Below, piece after piece: positions 1 through 3,525 of a stretch of 3,525 nucleotides of DNA (within the stretch, counting starts at the first letter, position 1; the number at the start of each line of letters is the position of its first letter). The stretch comes from Naegleria gruberi (taxonomy: Eukaryota). Under the pieces are notes generated by a model. The model was not told the DNA's origin. It made no database searches and saw nothing but the letters and a program-made list of their open reading frames with translations. The translations under genes were made by a program, and so were the position numbers. The stretch lies in assembly GCA_000004985.1 (NCBI GenBank), contig GG739219.1; one strand, written 5' to 3'.

Positions 1-7
1 CTTTGTT

Positions 8-190
8 TTAATCAATTGTAATAATTGATGAATCGTTAGAATTAGAATGAGAGTGAGTTCCTGTTGATGATGATGAAGATTTATCAACGTGTGATTGTTG
101 TTGTTGTTCATCACCTTGATCTAATTCATCCTCCTCCTCTTGATCTTCCTTTCGGTTAGAAGAACAAACAACCATAGCTTTGAGAAACAT
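8..190 (-). CDS. Complete small ORF (ATG 190-188 ... TAA 10-8) encoding a 60-aa acidic, Gln/Ser-rich low-complexity peptide; hypothetical protein, possibly spurious
   Basis: The ORF is uninterrupted with its stop inside the window, so it is not a truncated larger gene unless spliced. No GT donor is seen near the stop. The start context on the minus strand is A-rich (aaaaaaaATG), which is yeast-like. The composition comes largely from (GAT)n, (CAA)4 and (GAG)3 tracts. It lies divergent to RPS17. There is no recognisable domain. Confidence 0.3.
   Translation of the reverse strand: MFLKAMVVCSSNRKEDQEEEDELDQGDEQQQQSHVDKSSSSSTGTHSHSNSNDSSIITID
66..140. repeat. Cluster of short trinucleotide tracts: gatgatgatga (66-76), ttgttgttgttgtt (105-118), cctcctcctct (130-140)
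   Basis: Read directly from the sequence. These tracts encode the D/E, QQQQ and EEE runs of the small minus-strand ORF. Confidence 0.7.
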
Positions 191-843
191 TTTTTTTATC
201 GGAAAGAGAAGTTTGATGACTTTTGGATTAATATGAATGTGTTATTGTCATCTGTTTTGCTGACTTGAGTATTCTTGGTTATGATCATGCCAATTGTTTA
301 GAATCATCATTAATTGTGTTTTGTTGCTGGGTGTTAATATCTTTACCTTCTTGCTTTTGGTACCAATCAATGATGAACGGTATTATGATTTATAAAGAGT
401 GGAATTATGTGGTTTTACACCTCTCTTGTGTAGAAGATTATTGGTAGCAATACCATTGAGCAATTATTACATCATCCAATATTGCAAAGCCTTCTTCTTT
501 GTCTAATAATTTTTTTAATTATTGTTAAATGGTGATGATGAAATTTCTTGTTATTGTTTCATAGTAAAGCAAATGATGAAGTGTTTGTTGTTAACTTAGT
601 TTCGGAATGACATCATACAAATCGGTATGAGATCGTCGAGTAGAATGTTATAATTCTTTTGTTGTGTGTGGTATCAATGCAATTTTGAAAGCAGGCAAGA
701 AGGTCAAAAAATATTCATTGTAAAATTCACTAATGTGGTTGCCAACCAGAAATTTGCATAANATTTGTTGAAAAAAAAATCATTAATTCGTAAGTATCAC
801 TCACGTTAATGCGAGATTGCTAAACACCTCATCTTACTAGAAA
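191..843. promoter_or_regulatory. Divergent AT-rich intergenic region between the small minus-strand ORF and RPS17, presumed to hold the RPS17 promoter and 5'UTR; includes an A9 tract at 771-779 and T8 at 190-197
   Basis: There is no long ORF with a recognisable product. The assignment rests on position upstream of a ribosomal-protein start codon. A poly(dA:dT) tract sits ~65 bp upstream of the ATG, as is typical of yeast RP promoters. No canonical TTAGGG/CCCTAA (Tbf1) or CACGTG (Cbf1) sites were found in the readable part. Confidence 0.45.
791..840 (+). other. Candidate short 5'UTR intron of RPS17: GTAAGTAT donor at 791-798, branch-like tgctaaa (819-825) or ttactag (834-840), and TAG acceptor at 838-840 four nt before the ATG
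   Basis: GTAAGTAT matches the fungal 5' splice-site consensus exactly. Ribosomal-protein genes in yeasts frequently carry 5'-proximal introns. However, there is no perfect TACTAAC, and a 50-nt intron is very short for Saccharomycotina. This call is speculative. Confidence 0.15.
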
Positions 844-871
844 ATGGGTAAAGTCAGAACCAAGACTGTCA
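844..871 (+). CDS. RPS17: 40S ribosomal protein S17e (eS17), N-terminal 9 codons only (MGKVRTKTV); the CDS continues into the N block
   Basis: The translation MGKVRTKTV matches the universally conserved eS17 N-terminus MGRVRTKTVK with a single R3K substitution. The start context aaaATGg is yeast Kozak-like. Codon choice (GGT, AGA, ACC, AAG, GTC) is typical of highly expressed yeast genes. The next visible base (a at 871) is compatible with the expected Lys codon. Only 28 nt are readable, so confidence is capped. Confidence 0.75.
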
Positions 872-2651
872 NNNNNNNNNNNNNNNNNNNNNNNNNNNNN
901 NNNNNNNNNNNNNNNNNNNNNNNNNNNNNNNNNNNNNNNNNNNNNNNNNNNNNNNNNNNNNNNNNNNNNNNNNNNNNNNNNNNNNNNNNNNNNNNNNNNN
1001 NNNNNNNNNNNNNNNNNNNNNNNNNNNNNNNNNNNNNNNNNNNNNNNNNNNNNNNNNNNNNNNNNNNNNNNNNNNNNNNNNNNNNNNNNNNNNNNNNNNN
1101 NNNNNNNNNNNNNNNNNNNNNNNNNNNNNNNNNNNNNNNNNNNNNNNNNNNNNNNNNNNNNNNNNNNNNNNNNNNNNNNNNNNNNNNNNNNNNNNNNNNN
1201 NNNNNNNNNNNNNNNNNNNNNNNNNNNNNNNNNNNNNNNNNNNNNNNNNNNNNNNNNNNNNNNNNNNNNNNNNNNNNNNNNNNNNNNNNNNNNNNNNNNN
1301 NNNNNNNNNNNNNNNNNNNNNNNNNNNNNNNNNNNNNNNNNNNNNNNNNNNNNNNNNNNNNNNNNNNNNNNNNNNNNNNNNNNNNNNNNNNNNNNNNNNN
1401 NNNNNNNNNNNNNNNNNNNNNNNNNNNNNNNNNNNNNNNNNNNNNNNNNNNNNNNNNNNNNNNNNNNNNNNNNNNNNNNNNNNNNNNNNNNNNNNNNNNN
1501 NNNNNNNNNNNNNNNNNNNNNNNNNNNNNNNNNNNNNNNNNNNNNNNNNNNNNNNNNNNNNNNNNNNNNNNNNNNNNNNNNNNNNNNNNNNNNNNNNNNN
1601 NNNNNNNNNNNNNNNNNNNNNNNNNNNNNNNNNNNNNNNNNNNNNNNNNNNNNNNNNNNNNNNNNNNNNNNNNNNNNNNNNNNNNNNNNNNNNNNNNNNN
1701 NNNNNNNNNNNNNNNNNNNNNNNNNNNNNNNNNNNNNNNNNNNNNNNNNNNNNNNNNNNNNNNNNNNNNNNNNNNNNNNNNNNNNNNNNNNNNNNNNNNN
1801 NNNNNNNNNNNNNNNNNNNNNNNNNNNNNNNNNNNNNNNNNNNNNNNNNNNNNNNNNNNNNNNNNNNNNNNNNNNNNNNNNNNNNNNNNNNNNNNNNNNN
1901 NNNNNNNNNNNNNNNNNNNNNNNNNNNNNNNNNNNNNNNNNNNNNNNNNNNNNNNNNNNNNNNNNNNNNNNNNNNNNNNNNNNNNNNNNNNNNNNNNNNN
2001 NNNNNNNNNNNNNNNNNNNNNNNNNNNNNNNNNNNNNNNNNNNNNNNNNNNNNNNNNNNNNNNNNNNNNNNNNNNNNNNNNNNNNNNNNNNNNNNNNNNN
2101 NNNNNNNNNNNNNNNNNNNNNNNNNNNNNNNNNNNNNNNNNNNNNNNNNNNNNNNNNNNNNNNNNNNNNNNNNNNNNNNNNNNNNNNNNNNNNNNNNNNN
2201 NNNNNNNNNNNNNNNNNNNNNNNNNNNNNNNNNNNNNNNNNNNNNNNNNNNNNNNNNNNNNNNNNNNNNNNNNNNNNNNNNNNNNNNNNNNNNNNNNNNN
2301 NNNNNNNNNNNNNNNNNNNNNNNNNNNNNNNNNNNNNNNNNNNNNNNNNNNNNNNNNNNNNNNNNNNNNNNNNNNNNNNNNNNNNNNNNNNNNNNNNNNN
2401 NNNNNNNNNNNNNNNNNNNNNNNNNNNNNNNNNNNNNNNNNNNNNNNNNNNNNNNNNNNNNNNNNNNNNNNNNNNNNNNNNNNNNNNNNNNNNNNNNNNN
2501 NNNNNNNNNNNNNNNNNNNNNNNNNNNNNNNNNNNNNNNNNNNNNNNNNNNNNNNNNNNNNNNNNNNNNNNNNNNNNNNNNNNNNNNNNNNNNNNNNNNN
2601 NNNNNNNNNNNNNNNNNNNNNNNNNNNNNNNNNNNNNNNNNNNNNNNNNNN
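872..2651. other. Run of 1,780 N (masked or unresolved sequence); must contain the rest of RPS17 and the C-terminal ~85-90% of the GT22 mannosyltransferase gene
   Basis: This is directly visible. The content is inferred only from the two ORFs that enter the block from either side. Confidence 1.
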
Positions 2652-2817
2652 CCCATGGTAATTTATGTGGATGATCGGGAAAGTGCAATGAATGAGCAAT
2701 TTCAATTCCCTGATAATATTCATCAGCACTAAAGTATGTTGTGATGAAGAAACTACTCATCAATCGGAAAGTAATCAAAAAGATGATAAGAAAAAGGCTT
2801 GCCCCCAAAACTTTCAT
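2652..2817 (-). CDS. GPI10: GT22-family ER mannosyltransferase (PIG-B/Gpi10-like GPI mannosyltransferase III; Smp3/PIG-Z is the alternative), N-terminal 55 codons; ATG at 2817-2815 and the CDS continues into the N block
   Basis: Minus-strand translation is MKVLGASLFLIIFLITFRLMSSFFITTYFSADEYYQGIEIAHSLHFPDHPHKLPW. It has an N-terminal hydrophobic signal-anchor. The motif T-Y-F-x-A-D-E-Y-Y-Q-x-I-E-x-A-H corresponds to the conserved GT22 N-terminal motif of the PIG-B/Gpi10 and PIG-Z/Smp3 branch. From memory these are 'FFQADEFWQALEPAH' in S. cerevisiae Gpi10 and 'FVPDEYWQSLEVSH' in human PIG-B. The trailing 'LPWE' corresponds to the family's 'LTWEW'. The A7-ATG context is yeast-like. The family call is solid. 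The specific member is less certain and the symbol is tentative. Confidence 0.6.
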
Positions 2818-2885
2818 TTTTTTCTGATTTAATAAAATTTTGGGCGTAGTTTCAAGTTTGAAAATAAGGAGAGCAAAAGAATAAT
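2818..2885 (-). terminator. 68-bp spacer between the Tma64-like stop and the GT22 ATG, containing yeast 3'-end-formation-like elements on the minus strand (TTTTAT, ATTAAA, then CAGAAAAAAA directly abutting the downstream ATG)
   Basis: The minus strand reads TAAATTATTCTTTTGCTCTCCTTATTTTCAAACTTGAAACTACGCCCAAAATTTTATTAAATCAGAAAAAAAATG. This has efficiency-element-like and positioning-element-like motifs. Their function is inferred from the general yeast polyadenylation model and is not proven. Confidence 0.3.
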
Positions 2886-3508
2886 TTACTTCTTTTTCTT
2901 CTTCTTATTGGTCTTATCATTAACTAGAATGAATCTAACTGGGAAACCATAATCCTGTGTCAGAATTTGTTCAATCATGGCAATGTGATTTCCCTGGATT
3001 GTAATATCTGCTTCTGGGATACCTCCTCCAACAGATGGCATATTTGAAGTGTTTGTCTTGATTGAGGCACTACATTTGTTTTTCAATTTCTTGACAAGAT
3101 CTTCAAAAGCAACACAATTCAAATCAGAATTATTGATCAGCAGCTTGACACCATTGACCTTTGTAATGACCTTATTTCCCATGATGGCTTCTGCTTCAAC
3201 AGAGATTCCTGGACAAGCTCCTTTGTAGATGGAGATTTCATTTTCATTTCCATCATAGACAACTGCATAGTGATCGACCATTTCATTGAGAAGGCAATCA
3301 ATGATATTTTGAACTGGCACAACTGTATCAAGTTTTACAGGTTGAGATTTTCCTGATTTGAAAACTTTGGTATAGATTAACTCGTTAATTTTGACCTTTC
3401 CATTATTGAATAATTTAGCATCTTGCGAATACTTGATGAGACATTCACGAACTTCCTTCTCTGTGAATAATTTATCCTTTCCAAAAGATCCACCAAATAT
3501 GGGAGGGG
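2886..3508 (-). CDS. TMA64: eIF2D/ligatin (yeast Tma64)-type translation initiation/recycling factor, C-terminal ~207 codons (SWIB/MDM2-like segment plus C-terminal SUI1/eIF1-like domain); 5'-truncated at the clone or vector junction, stop TAA at 2888-2886
   Basis: The frame is open from the window end to the stop. The track's 'M' at 3320 is really GTG (Val) inside a longer frame. Translation is ...IFGGSFGKDKLFTEKEVRECLIKYSQDAKLFNNGKVKINELIYTKVF... (a SWIB-like pattern) ...YKGACPGISVEAEAIMGNKVITKVNGVKLLINNSDLNCVAFEDLVKKLKNKCSASIKTNTSNMPSVGGGIPEADITIQGNHIAMIEQILTQDYGFPVRFILVNDKTNKKKKKK*. The 'IQGN' core, the following hydrophobic helix, the 'Y..P' motif and the basic tail align with the C-terminal SUI1 domain of human eIF2D as I recall it ('...IQGNQVHHLGWLLLEEYQLPRKHIQGLEKALKPGKKK'). 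Confidence 0.8.
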
Positions 3509-3525
3509 GGATCCTCAGAGTCGAC
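3509..3525. other. Cloning-vector polylinker remnant: BamHI GGATCC (3509-3514), XbaI-like TCAGAG with one T missing relative to TCTAGA (3515-3520), SalI GTCGAC (3520-3525); preceded by a G-run (3501-3510)
   Basis: This is a near-exact match to the pUC/pBluescript MCS segment GGATCCTCTAGAGTCGAC. The insert junction is at a GATC, consistent with Sau3AI-into-BamHI cloning. The minus-strand reading frame runs through it, which is an artefact. Confidence 0.6.

Noticed and set aside
211-263. C-box-like tgatga (214-219) followed by ctga (260-263), and tgatga copies at 371-376, 535-541 and 574-579, as possible C/D snoRNA boxes
   Set aside because: Spacing is too short (~45 nt) or no matching D box or terminal stem was found. 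tgatga is frequent in this repeat-rich AT-rich DNA.
265-447. 60-aa plus-strand ORF (MSILGYDHANCLESSLIVFCCWVLISLPSCFWYQSMMNGIMIYKEWNYVVLHLSCVEDYW)
   Set aside because: It is hydrophobic, Cys/Trp/Tyr-rich and low-complexity with no recognisable motif. It sits in the RP-gene upstream region. The length is exactly at the track threshold, as expected by chance in AT-rich DNA. This is probably not a gene.
661-675. GT-rich 'gttgtgtgtggtatc' as a Rap1-like or telomere-like site upstream of RPS17
   Set aside because: It does not fit the ACACCCRYACAY consensus on either strand when aligned base by base. TTAGGG/CCCTAA (Tbf1) and CACGTG (Cbf1) are also absent from the readable DNA. 'ctcacgtta' at 800-808 is one base off.
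762-762. Single ambiguous base 'n' at 762
   Set aside because: This is an isolated base-call ambiguity in intergenic DNA, not a feature.
829-2817. Track ORFs of 595-662 aa (829-2817-, 837-2729-, 844-2661+, 869-2656-) spanning the N block
   Set aside because: They exist only because N-triplets translate to X with no stops. Only their readable ends carry information: the plus-strand end at 844 is the RPS17 start and the minus-strand end at 2817 is the GT22 start. The 837-2729 frame and the Met-less 869-2656 frame are alternative-frame noise.
3318-3320. Apparent Met start of the 144-aa ORF at 3320
   Set aside because: The codon is GTG (Val). The same frame stays open all the way to the vector junction, so the gene is 5'-truncated by cloning rather than starting here.
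3137-3331. 64-aa minus-strand ORF overlapping the Tma64-like CDS in another frame
   Set aside because: It is an alternative frame of a CDS with a strong homology-like signal in the main frame. It is treated as an overlap artefact.
1-3525. Prokaryotic-type features (RBS-coupled operons, CRISPR repeats, defence-island-like gene clusters, IS elements, tRNA genes)
   Set aside because: None are present in the readable 1.7 kb. Gene structure, start contexts, codon usage and protein identities (eS17, GT22 ER mannosyltransferase, eIF2D) are eukaryotic or yeast. I see no basis to claim a novel system in the visible sequence.

Overview
The readable parts of this window look like a plasmid-library insert from an AT-rich budding yeast, with intergenic DNA of roughly 33% GC; I did not compute GC exactly. 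The sequence ends in a pUC-type polylinker (GGATCC-TC(T)AGA-GTCGAC at 3509-3525). Positions 872-2651 are a solid run of N, 1,780 nt or 50% of the window, so nothing can be said about what lies inside it. The sequence shows these features from left to right. (1) A complete 60-codon ORF on the minus strand (190->8) encodes an acidic, Gln/Ser-rich peptide built partly from trinucleotide repeats. (2) A ~650-bp AT-rich divergent intergenic region follows. (3) The first 9 codons of cytosolic ribosomal protein S17e (MGKVRTKTV) start at 844 on the plus strand and run straight into the N block. (4) On the minus strand, the first 55 codons of a GT22-family mannosyltransferase emerge from the N block and start at the ATG at 2817. 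This N-terminus is a signal-anchor-like hydrophobic segment followed by the TYFxADEYYQxIExAH motif, which fits Gpi10/PIG-B best. (5) Only 68 bp upstream on the same strand sits the stop codon of a gene whose last ~207 codons are visible (3508->2886). It is an eIF2D/ligatin/Tma64-type translation factor with a SWIB-like segment, a C-terminal SUI1 domain ('ITIQGN...') and a Lys6 tail. I see no prokaryotic signals, no CRISPR, no tRNA and no mobile element in the readable DNA. The visible content is ordinary eukaryotic housekeeping genes. Any unusual system, if present, would have to lie in the masked 1.78 kb and cannot be assessed from this sequence. The six-frame 'ORFs' of 595-662 aa are artefacts of translating N as X.
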